Under the pieces are notes generated by a model. It saw nothing but the letters and a program-made list of their open reading frames with translations, was not told the DNA's origin and did no database searches. Made by a program: the position numbers and the translations under genes. DNA of 64,000 nucleotides from Octopus vulgaris (Eukaryota): positions 10,788,001 through 10,852,000 of the forward strand of contig OX597817.1 in the NCBI GenBank assembly GCA_951406725.2, written 5' to 3'. Of this stretch, positions 48,887 to 63,467 are shown one piece after another. How positions within the stretch are numbered: position 1 is the stretch's first letter; every line of letters begins with the position of its first letter.

Positions 48887-49543
48887 CCATATTTTCCAGT
48901 ATTTAAGCTGCAGGGCCGAATTTGGTGGAAAATTTGGGTTTGATCTGCACTTAAAGTGCACTGGTGTTTAAAGGAACTATAGAGTTATGGCTTCACAGCT
49001 AATTTTTTTGTTGACATGTATGTAGTTTCAAAATGTCTCCAAGAAAGTTACATGGCTGCCTTCAAGTTAGAATGTATCAACTACGCAAAAGAAAATGGTA
49101 ACAGCCACAACAAGACAGTACAGCATAAATGAATCCATGGTCTGTTTATGGCGCAAACAAGAAGATTCGCTACAACTGACCAAAAAGACTGTAGCAGTAG
49201 TCTTTCACATTGTTCACTGACTGACCTTTCCTCCGAAAATCAGTGGAATCGGTCGATATCCATACACAAATTATTTTCCTCTTGAAACTTATAAAAAATA
49301 CACACTACACTCGCGGAGTGGTTGGCGTTAGGAAGGGCATCCAGCTGTAGAAACACTGCCAGATCAGACTGGAGCCTGGTGCAGCCTCCTGGCTTCCCAG
49401 ACCCTGGTCAAACCGTCCAACCTGTGCTAGCGTGGAAAACAGACGTTAAACGATGATGATGATGATATTAGGGGCACCTTTCTGCAAACCATACTCTAAA
49501 TTTCCCCCGTAAAACTTAGTGGCTTATACACTGGAAAATATGG
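48887..49543 (+). mobile_element. pogo-type transposon deletion derivative with Brinker-like DNA-binding domain remnant
   Basis: TA-flanked TIR CCATATTTTCCAGT(A/G)T(T/A)TAAGC. Frameshifted SYMAAFKLECINYAKENGN..RQYSINESMVCLWRKQEDSL at ~49045-49175. Confidence 0.8.
49300..49465 (+). mobile_element. Same retroposon 3' end, nested in the pogo relic
   Basis: Conserved end + (GAT)n. Confidence 0.85.
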
Positions 49544-50339
49544 TAAATATATAAAAGTTATCTGTAAAATAATGTTACGAGTATGTAAGTATTTGAGTAG
49601 AGAAGTTTTGCATTTCTCCAAATATTTACAAGTACTGTTTGTGATCAAGCAAACCTAATTTCTTAAAACAAGAAACAGCTGGTATATTTTAGCAGGATTT
49701 CCTCTTTGGTGATGAGTCAGCTATCTAATTCTCCAAATAACTAAGTCTCTTAACTGATATAAATATTCTTTATAAATTGAAAAATTGGTGTTATTTTTTA
49801 TATTTTATCAACTCGAATATGATAAAAGGCTTGACTCATAGATTACCTTTTTTGAAAAAGTTCTTCATTTGTATCTGTCTAGCTGGAGATACATAGTAAT
49901 GATGAACAATATTCTGTTAAGACAACCACATTTAAACCAATTCTTGAGTGTTCACAACACCAACTGAATGGCAAACTTGGAAATTAAAAGGAAAATGCCT
50001 GTTCTTTGATTTCATTTGACCTGTGCAATATTTTTTCCTGAGTTTTTCACCGGAATATCAATTTTAACATTTCCATGCTTGCTCTGGTTTGATGAAACTA
50101 CTTTTGGGCAGTTTTCTGTGGCTTCACCTATTTTATTGTTTGGTTATTGCACTATGGAACCAAAACCATTTAGAAGGTAAATTTCTGTGAGACAATGTGA
50201 GAGAGAATTGTGATGTCATAGAGAAATGTGTTCACATAGATGATGGTGCACTTGCATTAAACGAAGTTGCAAAGGGAGAAGTATGAAGGCGCCACTATGA
50301 AAGGTTGCTAAATAAAGAGAATGAATAGGAGAAAGAGAG

Positions 50340-51698
50340 CCTGCCGAATGCCGACCTAACAGAGGGACCAGCTATCTGAATTGACAGTGCACTGGTAGAT
50401 AAAGCAATTAAGGGTATGAAGACAGGGGACCCCCCCCCCCCCCGGCCCATCAGGAATTACCGCAGAGATGCTCAAAATATCTGGCAGTGTCTGCTATAGC
50501 CTAGTCACCCGTATAATCAATTAGGTGATACACGGAGTCATACCCAATGACTGGTGTAGCAGCACCATAGTCAACTGCTACAAAGGTAAAGGTGATGCAT
50601 TAGATACAAATTATTAGCCGTATCAAGCTGTTGGATCAGGTAATGAAAGTCACGGAGGGGGTTGTAGCCCAACTAATTAGGGAGAGGGTCAGTCTAGACA
50701 AGATGCAGTTTGGGTTTGTACCAGGGAAAAAGCACCACTGATGTATATTTCTGGTAAGACGGCTGTGGGAGAAATACGTAGCCAAAGAAACTCCTGTACC
50801 TGGTTTCATTGACATGGAGAAAGTTTTTGACAGGGTCCCCCGATCCCTTATCTAGTGATCAATGAGGAAACTAGGGATAGATGAATGGTTAATGAGAGCT
50901 GTGTAAGCCATGTACAGGGATGCTGTCAGTAAGGTGAGTGTTGGCAACGAGTACAGTGAAGAATTCTGGCTAGAAGTAGGTGTTCACCAAGATTCAATCC
51001 TCAGCCCCCTCCTATTTATCATAGTCCTCCAGGTAATAACAGGAATTCAAAACAGGATGCCCCTGGGAGCTCCTCTATGCTAATGACCTTGCTCTTATTG
51101 CTGAGTCACTATCAGAACTAGAGAAGTTTCAGGTGTGGAAGCAAGGATTAGAATTGAAGGGTTTTAGTCAACCTAGCTAAAACCAAAGTCCTAATAAGTA
51201 GGAAGGCTGACAAACCACAAATCCTATTAGATAGATGGCCCTGCTCGATCTGTAGAAAAGGCATAGGTGGAAACTCTATAAGATGTACCCAGTGCAAGCT
51301 ATGGACACATAAGAGGTGCAGCAATATCAAAGGAAGGCTAACTGGGAAGATAGTTTTTGTGTGTGGCAGATACTCAGGAGCAATAAACACTGGAAATGTG
51401 CAGAGAACAACTGTCACATTTCCGAATGAAAAACTAGAAGTAGTTGACAGCTTCCGTTACCTAGGTGACCAAGTCAGTAGCAGGAGTGGATGCTCTGAAA
51501 GTGTAGCTGCTAGAATAAGTATATCCTGGGTGAAGTTCAGAGAGTTCCTACCTCTGCTGGTGACAAAGGGCCTCTCACTCAGAGTAAAACATAGACTGTG
51601 TGATGCATGTGTATGAACAGTCATGCTACGTGGCAGTGAAACATGGGTAGTGACTGCTGAGGACATGCGTAAGCTTGCTAGGAATGAAGCCAGTATGC
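50340..51698 (+). pseudogene. RTE-clade LINE reverse transcriptase remnant with Cys-rich finger
   Basis: Motifs GPSGITAEMLK, IPNDWCSSTIVNCYKGKGD, QFGFVPG, FIDMEKVFDRVP, GVHQDSILSPLLF, LLYANDL, CSIC...CTQCKLWTHKRC, LEVVDSFRYLG; many stops and frameshifts. Confidence 0.92.
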
Positions 51699-51804
51699 TA
51701 GCTAAATCTGACTATTTCTACATTAGATTTATAAAATTTATCACAAAATTTTAAGTTATTTCTAGGTATTATCCGGGGAGTTATAGGTAATATCTATGAC
51801 CCTT

Positions 51805-52148
51805 TTTATTCTTTTACTTGTTGCAATCATTTGACTGTAGCCATGCTTGGACACTGTCTTGAAGGGCTTTAAACAAATTGACCCTCAGCCTAGTACTTAT
51901 TCTATTGGTTTCTTTTGCTGAACCACTAAGTTACAGGGCTGTAAACACACCAACATTAGTTGTCAAGGGATGATGGACTCACACAATGGGCTTCATTCAG
52001 GTTCTGTCTATCAAATCCAGTCATATAAGGTATTGGTCAACCTGAGGCTATAGTAGAAGACACTTGCCCAAGGTGCTACGCAATGGGACTGAACCCTGAA
52101 CAATGTCATTGGGAAGCAAGCTTCTTACCACAGAGACTCACCTGCACC
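51805..52148 (-). mobile_element. SINE family A, old CpG-decayed copy (a similar one lies at ~38310-38620)
   Basis: Colinear with family A but with many CpG>TpG/CpA changes. Confidence 0.75.
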
Positions 52149-53220
52149 TATTTTGCAGGAGAAAAACAAGTAGTTGTTACCCTCTGACTGGAGACTCGTT
52201 TCAATGCTTGCAGCATATGGACCCAAAGACACCTGAGGGTCATCTTGTAGTGTTAAAATGGGTGATGGATAAGTCTACCACCTGAAAAATAGTGCAGTTT
52301 ACCCAATAAGGTTCTGCACAGTTTCCGTCTACTGACTTTCACTTAAATTCAACTCAAGGTCCTTAATAGAGTTTTGCTGTAGGATTGAACTGAGAAATGG
52401 ATGATTATGAAGCGGACTTCTTAACTACACACCCATTCCTTTGCTCAGGCAAATATTTTCATTAAAAGATATTAAGCTCCATCCATATTGAAATTCTTGC
52501 ATTCAAATACATTTTGGGTTGATGGGATGTAATATTTGAAGATTTTGTTGCTTGTATTGAAATATTTCTTGCATTGATCATTATTTAACATTCCATTTGT
52601 TTAACTTTATAACCTTAATAATTTTTTTCTTTTCCATCTTGAAGCACATTAAACAGAATTGATTCATTTTGCATTTCATCTGTTTTATGTGGAAAGAATT
52701 TAGGGAGAAAAAAATGTCAAAAAAAAAAAAAATAAAACCTAAACAGAAAAATTATTTGCAGTAAAGGGTGTTATCTGGTTTATATTTTCCACTGTTTTTC
52801 TAAGAAGTTTCAAACTTGAAAAGCTAGTTTACTGACAAGATGAATAATAAATAAATAAATAAATAAAAAAAGCAAGCTTTTTTGTTAATGGAAATATTCA
52901 TACAAAGTGGGGAGCAATTTTCTTAAGAATTCTGAACAGTGACCTCACTTGCTAAATAATCTGAATTTTTGCTATTACACATACACACTATTTTAGCTTT
53001 AAATCCTATTGAATGAAACGGGCAAGTTTAGAGAGATGAACCAGTTATTATCCAGTAATTTTCGTGCAATTGAAAATTTGAGAACTGTCAGTGATCTGCT
53101 CTTAAGGTTAAATTAGTTTTTAGAATTTGGTTCTAGTTTAAATTTATTGCTTTTTTTTAAATGTTGAGTCTCGGTGTTTGATTTGAATTTATTTAGAAAA
53201 ATCTTTTTAGTAGGAAGCCA

Positions 53221-53620
53221 CTTTACTCTTTTTACTCTTTTGACTGCGGCCATGCTGGAGCACCGCCTTTAGTCGATCAAATCGACCCCGGGACTTATTC
53301 TTTGTAAGCCCAGTACTTATTCTATCGGTCTCTTTTGCCGAACCGCTAGTGACGGGGACGTAAACACACCAGCATCGGTTGTCAAGCAATGCTAGGGGGA
53401 CAAACACACACACAAACATATACACACACACACTTATATATATATATACATATATACGACAGGCTTCTTTCAGTTTCCGTCTACCAAATCCACTCACAAG
53501 GCATTGGTCGGCCCGGGGCTATAGCAGAAGACACTTGCCCCAAGATGCCACGCAGTGGGACTGAACTCTGGAACCATGTGGTTGGTTAGCAAGCTACTTC
53601 CCACACAGCCACTCCTGCGC
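53221..53620 (-). mobile_element. SINE family A
   Basis: Full-length copy. Confidence 0.9.
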
Positions 53621-54674
53621 ACTTTATATTTTTATTCAATCTTATTTTTTTCTAAATTAGATTCCGACATTAAGAGAAAGCAATTTGCATATGTTTGTCC
53701 TTTCCTCATCATCCCTGCCCACACTATTTCAATTCAGTCACCTCCTTTGTTTTTTCAGCCACTGCTATATACCAATCCAAATACCTCTCATACCCACCAA
53801 CATGGTCACTTACTATAGCCCATTGTATTCATATATCTCCCTCTCCACAACTCCTACACCTTGCACATCATACAACTCTCCCTGTTGTATTTTCCCTGAG
53901 CCACTCCTTTATCTCCCATCTCACCCCTCTACATACTGCTATTTTCCATCATCTTCGCCCCCAACTCTTCATCCATCACTACATTAACCAACTTAACCTC
54001 CACCTGATCACTTCCTCCTCACATTATGAAAGCATCCATTGTCTCATCTGCTCCCATGATCCACTGTCCATGTCCCTTCTTTCGTGCATCTTGTTCCTTG
54101 AGGGTTTGCTCCAGCACACCTTCACTACCTTCCTATTTCCTTAAGCCATACATCTCCTAAGACATGCTCTTGTCCTAATCATTACTTTAGTCTTTCAGCA
54201 CCTGGCATATAGCTACCCACCTCCATCTTCCCCTCAAGAATGCTTAGTAGTAGAAACTCTCTCCTTTTTTCTCTGTTCTTTTGTCTTGTAAGTTACATGG
54301 CCACCTCATTGGTGCTGGTGGCATGGAAAAAGCACCATGTGTGCTCTGTAAAGTGGTGGGCATAGGGAAGGGCATCCAACCATAGAAACCATGCCAGAGA
54401 TGACATTGGAGCTTGATGCAAGTCCTTCAGCTTGCTGTTCTCTCTCAAACTGTCTTACCCACGCCTGCGTGGGAAGCAGATGTTAAATGATGGTGTATGC
54501 ATATATATATATATATCACCAGTTTCATTCAAAAAATCTGTGGATGATAAAATGTTCAGTTTTGTAGGTAGTTACTTGTGGAAAAACTGTATTTAAAAAA
54601 TTTCAACAAAATAATACTCAGATTTATCATTTAATAAATAATGAAACACACAATTTTATAACTATATACAGTTA

Positions 54675-55082
54675 GGCGCAGGAGTGGCTGTGTGGTAAGT
54701 AGCTTGCTAACCAACCACATGGTTCCGGGTTCAGTCCCACTGCGTGGCATCTTGGGCAAGTGTCTTCTGCTATAGCCCGGGCCGACTAATGCCTTGTGAG
54801 TGGATTTGGTAGACGGAAACTGAAAGAAGCCTGTCGTATATATGTATATATATATATATAAGTGTGTGTGTATATGTTTGTGTGTCCGTGTTTGTCCCCC
54901 TAGCATTGTTTGATAACCAATGCTGGTGTGTTTACATCCCCCGTCACTTAGCAGTTCGGCAAAGAGAGACCGATAGAATAAGTACTGGGCTTACAAAAGA
55001 ATAAGTCCTGGGGTTGAGTTGCTCGATTAAAGGTGGTGCTCCAGCATGGCCGCAGTCAAATGACTGAAACAAGTAAAAGAGT
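54675..55082 (+). mobile_element. SINE family A
   Basis: Full-length copy. Confidence 0.9.
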
Positions 55083-55193
55083 TAATATATGAACAATGAA
55101 ACTTACATTTCTATTTGCTATTTAATTAACTAAACCAAGTGCCAGTATTTCCATGAGATGCAGAGATAATAATAGTAACACAGCTAATGGCAT

Positions 55194-55572
55194 CTCTTTT
55201 ACTCTTTTCAGTCATTTGACTGCGGCCATGCTAGAGCACCGCCTTTTGTCGAGCAAATCGACCCCGGGACTTATTCTTTTTGTAAGCCCAGTACTTATTC
55301 TATCGGTCTCTTTTTGCCGAACTGCTAAGTGACGGGGACGTAAACACACCAGCATCGGTTGTCAAGCAATGCTAGAGGGACAAACACACACACAAACACA
55401 TGCACACACATACATATATATACGACAGGCTTCTTTCAGTTTCCGTCTACCAAATCCACTCAAGGCTTTGGTTGGCCCGAGGCTATAGCAGAAGACACTT
55501 GCCCAAGGTGCCACACTGGGACTGAACCCGGAACCATGTGGTTGGTAAACAAGCTACTTACCACACAGCCAT
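55194..55572 (-). mobile_element. SINE family A
   Basis: Near full-length; inverted relative to the copy ~110 bp upstream. Confidence 0.9.
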
Positions 55573-56589
55573 GTTAGGGATATATAATACATGAGGGGGA
55601 GTCAGCCAATAATATTAGATGTAGATTTAGTGTAGCTAGAGTAGGCATTAATGAAATCTTGGTTTTAAACCAATTATACAAATAAATACAAATAAAAGAA
55701 AATTTTCTATATGATTGTAAAAGATCTTAAACACTGAAAATTGGATATTAAAAAAACAGAATTGCAACAGACTAGTTCACACGGTTTATATTATATCCAT
55801 GGTTACTCTCTATAATGAGGTTAGCTATGAAATGAATGAATTCTTGACATATTTTCATTGTTTTACATTCTGCTTAGAATGGGATAGGTTTTTTTGTAAA
55901 GAGGACATTTGTGTGTGTGTATATATATATATACATATATATATTTATATATATATATTCAGAATAATTTATTACTTGAATTATACCTTTTACTACAAAT
56001 AACCGTTTAGTGGGAAGCTTGATCAATTTGAAGGAATTAGATGTAGCAGGATGTAACTAATGACCATGGTAGTGGCTAAACACTTGAATTAACATTATAA
56101 CCACTGGACCTCAAACTGATTAATTATAAACTGTTGCCGCGGTTTTATTATTGCTTTGATGGAATGGTAAAGCAAGAGGCCGTTCCGCAATGTGATATTT
56201 GGTTTTGCCTTTTTTCAGTTGGAATCCTGCTGTAATTAACATTGCCCCTTAATCTCACTAGGCTCAAAATAAACATCAGTAATATATTGCCTTGCCATTA
56301 TAGGAAATTATTTCCTTTTTTAAACTCCCTAGGCTTCAGAAGGTTGGTACTTATCTCCACTTTCCACAGCGTTAAGTAGATGAGGCAGATCCTTAATAGG
56401 ATGCTAATCTTGCAGCCAAGTATATCATTCGTCAACTTTGTTACTGCTAACAGCAGTGTATTCCACCATCTTGTGATGCACACTTAGAACTTGGTGGTCT
56501 TAACCATTAAGTGTATTGACCAGAGTATGGTACCAGTCTTTTGGCTGGTTAGATATGCCATCAAATTAACTGTCTCTGTTCTCCTATGT

Positions 56590-57110
56590 GTGTGTGTGAG
56601 ATGGTGTTCACCCAGGGCAGGTTGAGCCGGCTTCTTCTCTGGTCCGAACGGCATCATGAACCATAGTGGACCACACTCGATGATCCTGTGTGAGGTCACT
56701 GGAGATAGCGAGCCATTTGCAGGGAGCTGGCAGACGTTAGCACTCCGGGCGAAATGCGTAGCCGTATTTCGTCTGACGTTACGTTGTGAGTTCAAATTCC
56801 GCCGAGGTCGACTTTACCTTTCATCCTTTCGGGGTCGATAAATTAAGTACCAGTTACGCACTGGGGTCGATGTAATCGACTTAATACCTATGTCTGTCCT
56901 TGTTTGTCCCCTCTATGTTTAGCCCCTTGTGGGTAATAAAAAAAAAATTTTTTAAATAGGTTCCATCTACGCAGACTGACCACCTGCGGACCTGAGAGTT
57001 CGGAGAGGTCCTCCTTTATCGTCATTGCCCAGGTCTTCAACTGTCCGCCCATGCATTTGCGCCAGCTGGGAAGTGGAACTTCTTTTATGAATCCTACTAC
57101 TGCCATGTTC
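56590..57110 (-). pseudogene. RTE-type LINE 3' end interrupted by a SINE
   Basis: PSWRKCMGGQLKTWAMTIKEDL...RRWN continues across the SINE as KWLAISSDLTQDHRVWSTMVHDAV. Confidence 0.8.
56722..56950 (+). mobile_element. SINE family B nested in an RTE remnant
   Basis: Full-length copy splitting the RTE reading frame. Confidence 0.9.
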
Positions 57111-59532
57111 TTCTATAATGTATACTCATAATGAATATTCAGTTCGTCAGCTCATTGTGACCAATTTAATTACCCAGAAGATGATAAACATTTTAGAGCA
57201 GCTTCTTAAGATTGAACCGTTTTGTGTATTTGTCAGCTTGTGTGCTTTGGTTTTAGAATATTTTATGGCTGTGAGGTTAAGATGTTAGCTTTCCAACAGT
57301 GCTGTTTTGGGTTTAGTCTCACTGTGTTCTCCCCTATATCCTTAGGTTCACCAAAGCCTTATTATTGGATTTGGTAAACTGTAAAAAGCCCTTTTTGTGT
57401 GTGTGCACATGTGCATGCTCCCTTATATTGATTGACATCACTTAATAGCTGTAAATGAGTGACACCATCATATAGGCAATATCATACATTTCCAACTTTG
57501 TGAAAACCTGTCCAGTCATGGAAAAATATTACCTTGCTGGGAAACCAGTGAGGGTTGGCAATATGAAGGGCATCTGGCCAAAGAAAATCTGCCTCAATGA
57601 ATTCTGACCTTTACAAGGATGGAAAAAAAGTATGTATTAAAATAAGTGCCCAACATAGTGTATTATTAGTGCAGATTTCCATAATCTTTTTCTAAATATA
57701 TTTTTATTGAAATCTCTTGTAACATAATTTCTTCCTCAGATAAGACATATAAATGGTTTATGGTAGTAATTTGTGGGGCACAGTGTGTGATTGCAGCGAA
57801 AGTAAAGTCTCAGAATCAATTATGTAATTCAGTTACTTCAGCTGTGTCTGTATCCATCGGAGTAATTAGAGAAGTATTTTAAAATTAGATCCCACTGAGA
57901 ATGTCTGAGCTTCTGCAATGAGAACCAGGCGATTGGTATATGAAGAACTTTTGGATGCTTGGAACCCAGTTGGCTTCATTTGTATGATACTATAAACTAA
58001 TACATTGGTAGTTAATAGCATGAACCTCAGAAGCATCAGGAAGTAATCTTTATCTTCAGGAACTTAGTGTAATCAGAGCTTCTTGGCAGATTGACTAGGA
58101 ACCAAAACTTAAAATGCTCTAGAGTAGCTATGAGGTGATAGGACAAATCTGGGTTCTAGGAGAATTCTGCTATTGAAATATTTATTTTGGGTGAGAGGAA
58201 GTTAATGGAAGTATAATAACTAAATCTCAAATTGAGAAGTTAAGGAAAGGTTTTGTTGCCAACAAAATTTGCGATCAAAGAGAGGAAACCTATATGAAGT
58301 AATAAGGAAAGTATGTGCAGGAAATACTAAAGATAAGTGATTTCAATATAGTAATTTAGGTATTTCACAAAAGGGCAACTACAAAGGAGTAGCATAAGTA
58401 ATTGAGACTTAATCTTGCAGGAGTAAAAAGTTATGTTGACATAGATGTGCTGGGAATAGGTGGCTATTTTTGTTGTTTAACCTCCACTCAATCCTGATTG
58501 AGCAGGCTTATGTTCTGCTATGGCCATCTTTTCCTTATCTAGTGTCACATTCTCTTCCAAAGTATGGTGTGATTTGAAGATCTGGTGATTGTTTCTAGCA
58601 GTTTTTCTATTTGATAAAGAGTGCTGACTGAAAGATAAGATTGACCACTGACATCAGGCTTAAATGCATGGAAAGATGTGTGTGGTGCATTGCCATGCTT
58701 GAGAAGACACACCCACCACAACAGGAATGAGATCCTAAAACCAAGGTGCCATGTAAAAAGTGTTGGTACCACTTTAAAAAAAACAAAAAACATTGATATC
58801 ACATAAAAAGCACCCAGCACAAACTGTAAAGTTGTTAGCATTAAGAAGGGCATCCAGCCATAGAAACCAAATCAACACAGACTATGGAACCTGATGTGGC
58901 CCCTGGCCTTATCAGTTTGTCAAGCTGTCCAACTCATGCCAGATATTAAATGATGCGATATACTTCCATGAAGATTGTATCTTAAGTTTACGGTGATCCT
59001 TTATTTAACTTTTCAGATTACTCTGTGAGATGTAATGTGCATTTCACATTGTTTTAAATTTATCCTGCATTGTTTTGCAGCTTCAATATTATTTTTAGGA
59101 TGTCATTGTAGGAAGGTGTGAATTTAGGCTGGGTTTACCTGGTTTAAATGTTTAAAAACTTAAAGAAGAAAAAAAGTGCTGTAATGTATGAGTTTCAGGC
59201 TAAGAAATATATCTAGATCATTTCAGCCTAACATTGTTAAAAAATTACGGAGATGTACTTGCATAGCAAGTGACTTGATCTGAAATCGTGTGCTGGAACG
59301 AAAACAATTGCAGTGTGGAAGGTGTTTATAAGCCATTTAAGAAACACACAATTGTTAAAAAATATTTTCAAAATCTCATAACTTATAAGATTGTCATAGA
59401 AATTATGAATTATTTTTGGTTGAAAAATACCAGGTTCCATCTTATCTCTCACTCTCCTCTATCTCTTGTTCTCCTTTTTTTCTCTGCCCCTGTACCTTTC
59501 TTCTCTTACTCACCCTCCTTTTATATATATAA

Positions 59533-59884
59533 CGTGGCTGTTGCCAGTGCCGCCCTGACTGGCTTCCGTGCCGGTGGCACGTAAAAAGCACCATCCGACC
59601 GTGGCCGTTTGCCAGCCTCGCCTGGCCTCCGTGCCGGTGGCACGTAAAAAGCACCATCCGATCGTGGCCGTTTGCCAGACTTGTCTGGCACCTGTGCAGG
59701 TGGCACGTAAAAAGCACCCACTACACTCACGGAGTGGTTGGCGTTAGGAAGGGCATCCAGCCGTAGAAACATTGCCAGATCAGACTGGGCCTGGTGCAGC
59801 CTTCTGGCTTCCCAGACCCCAGTTGCACCGTCCAACCCATGCCAGCATGGAAAGCGGACGCTAAACGATGATGATGATGATGAT
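59533..59884 (+). mobile_element. Same retroposon 3' end
   Basis: Three units + (GAT)n. Confidence 0.85.
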
Positions 59885-60694
59885 ATATATATAAAAGTTG
59901 CCTGCATGTTATTTTGCTGATAATTTTGAACTTTTGTAAAATCTATTGGAAACAGACATTGAAAAAAGAAATATAACAAAAACCAAAACTGGTTCTCAGA
60001 GTTTGCTCTCATGATGTTGCAGCACAATATCTAAACTGTTTGTCTATGCTAACATTGTTTCAACTAGACACTTTTTTTGTAGAGTTAATTCTCCTGTTAT
60101 GGTCTATTTGGCAGCAGACCATTATTGGCTTGAAATAATATCTTGCAGGAAACCTCATAAACAGAATACTTTTCAATGAAATGATTTAACTCTTGTTTCA
60201 TACACAGATATATTTGTAGCTATTGTGATTTATTGCTTTCTGATTTTGGGAAGAATGTTTAGTATTAATATAAATTTTTATGTGGTTCTAAATTTTATTT
60301 AATGGTGTGATATTTTGATGTATTCGGTTATTGCTAAAATATGGTAAATTGTTGCACAAAATACTTTGCAATATTTAGCTGCCATTTTATTCTGGGTTTG
60401 AATTCTGCCAGTGGATAACTCTGGTTTTCAGCTCACTGAAAAAAAAAAAGTCCCCAAGCATAGCTTAGCAGTTAGGGTGTTGGACTCGTAATCATAGAAT
60501 TGTGGCTTTGATTCCTTGACCAGGTGATGTGTTGTGTTCTTGAGCAAAACACTTCATTTCATGTTGCTCTGGTTCACTCAGCTGGCAAAAGTGAGTAATC
60601 CTTCAATGGACTCTCCTGTCCAGGTGGGGAATATATACACCACAAACTGGGAAATGGACCCTATGAGTCCACATGACTCAGGAACCATCTTTGT

Positions 60695-60739
<45 letters not shown>

Positions 60740-63467
60740 TGAATTGAGCATGGTTTAATGATTATGCCCTTCCTCTAGAATTGGTGACTTGATGTCGATG
60801 TATGAACTGAGTAATGGGCACAGTTGTGGCTGTGTGGTTAAGAAGTTTGCTTCACAACCATAGGGTTTTGGGTTCAGTTCTACTACCTGGCATTTGGAGC
60901 AAACTTGCTTTGTGAGTGTATTTGGTAGACAGGTGTGCCTGCAGGAGTGTGCATGAATCTTGACACTGACGGAAATGATTGTCTTGTTTATATTATGATT
61001 AGTTGTTCTGTGTTTTTGAAGGTCTGTGAAATGTCCCTTGGAAACCAAAAAAATTATTGGTGATAGGAAGAGTACTTGGTTATAAAACCAATTCCCAGTT
61101 AAGCTACACTAGCATGGTAAAAGGGTTATCTTGCTTTGTGTTCTGAATTCAAGTCTTGCCCAGGTTAACTCTGAGTTACACCTTAGGATTGCTAAGTCAT
61201 CATAAGTCAGCAATGGCTTCCTCCTTACCTTTGTCTTGCACCCGTCATGGCCACCCCTATATACACCTGATAGCCATCTCTGACATTGTATATCTTACTC
61301 ACCATGCATGTCATTCCTCTATTTTCTGATAGATCTGCAGTTTAATTATACAGCTGCTCTCCACACTTCTTGTACTGCCACTTATTACCTCCTCCTCCTT
61401 AAGTCTCTTGTTTCTTTTCACCCCCACCCACCCACCCTATATCACTGACCACACCCCACACCTGTTCCATTCAGTATTTTCATTCTACTCCATCTCCATT
61501 CTGTTACTCTTCTTTCACACTTATGTATTTAGCTACCCCACTTCTTGATCTCCCGTTGGCTGTGTTCTACAGAAGTTTGCTTTGCAGCCATGTGGTTTCA
61601 GTCTCATTGTCACTATGTGGAACCATGGGTGGCCAGCCAATGTATTGTGAATGAATTTGGTAAACAGCAGGACGCCTCTGAGTGTGTTTATGCTTGTATT
61701 TTGCCAAATGTGCATTGTGTTGATATTCTGTTTGTCATCGCTTCAACAATATGGTGATAATGTTGGCATTCCTTATTCACATGACTAGTTGTGCACTTTC
61801 AAAGATTAAAATGGTTAAAGATTAATGATTCACAACGGGAAAAGCATCTGTCTGTAAAATCCTTCCCTGGATAATTCTACCTTCTGCCACGCTACCATTA
61901 GAAAATATGGAAGAGAGAGAAATACAATGTACTAAACTTTTCTTTTAAATGTAGTAGTTTTCTGTAAGCTTGACATAGCATAAAAAGAGAGAAAAATCTA
62001 ATACAAAGATGTCTAGTTCATTTTATTTAATACTTCATGGCTGCAGTCTTCCTAAATTTTCATATTAACTACTTCTGTCCATGGGAACATAATCTTTTCT
62101 GTCTAGCTCTGCATTGAAGTATAAATATTTCTGAGTTGGTATTCAAGTTGTTGATGTTAGTAAATTCAAATATCAGAAGATAATTTTTCAGACCAAAGAT
62201 AATAATGGCAATAATGGAATAAGCCAGAACAATAGCCAACTGTCAGGTCACATTTATCATGTGCATTTTCAATGCTGTTATTATTTAATTTTGCTTTCAT
62301 TTTGTTTATATTTCCCTCACTCTGCATATTTAGGTTTGTATAGGTTGTCGGTGGTGAAATTTTAACAGCAGAAATCTTGTATCAGCCATTTACATACACA
62401 TTCATGCACAATTTGTGTCAGATTTTACGTGACTGTTCTGCAAACTCTTACTTTACTATATTGTCAGTTCAAAACAAAACCGTCTGACTAATTCAGATTA
62501 CAAGGAAACCCTACTAGTGTGTCTGTGTGTGCGTGTGTATGTGTGTGTGAGAGAGAGATAGAAAAAAATATCATGTTTGGAGAATGTTTTTAGAAACTTG
62601 TTTATTCTGTATACAAATTCTTACAATAATTCATTTTCTATACCAGAAAATTGTTTACTTTCACTGTTGGCTGTAGTAAAAAGCTGGACATTTTTCTTTC
62701 ATTCTTACTCCAAGTCCTTCCCTGACAATGACTAAGTTTGGATTGTAACTTACAAACTATTAAAACAGTGCTTTTATTATCCATGAATGACTAATTGTCT
62801 GCCTAGATTGTTTATTTGGTAGTATCTTGTTTAATTAGACTTCATTCTACCTTTTCTTTTAATGCTGCAAGCCTTTATAAACTAACTTTTATAAACAAGC
62901 TAATTTTCTAGTACACTTACAAATTCTGACTAATTTTGGTGAAGGCCTTCCATATTCCTGTAGTATCTTGACTGTTCTGTAAAAATAAAGTTAGATAATG
63001 GTTTTTATTTTTTCACATTTAACGAAGTAATTTTATTACCTATAATCCTACTAAAACTCTGTGATTGCTTGCTTGTGTACTTGCTTGTCTATAATTTGAT
63101 ATAGCCAAACCAGTGCATAATAGGACAATACTCTGAAAGTAAGGTACCTCTGAAGTGTGAATACAAATGGAATAAAACAATTTTTGCATAACCCGGATCA
63201 TGGATTCCCGAGATACGTGTCTTTTTTGAGTACCTTCATAAATAGCCAAAATGATGCATAATACTGAAAATTATTTCCATTAATTTTATGTTTACATTAT
63301 ATAACAATTCCTTCTGCATTTTTGTAAGTGTGCACATATGCCATAAATGTTCTTACTGGAGTTCAAGTTTATCCTGGAAGTTCTATTTCTATTGGATGCT
63401 GTAAATAATCAAAACCTTAAACATGAACTCCTAAACCAGATCTATGAATTGAAATATTTAACTGAAT

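Noticed and set aside
53685-54144. Pro/Ser/His-rich ORFs
   Set aside because: Low-complexity C/T-rich sequence next to a decayed retroposon end.
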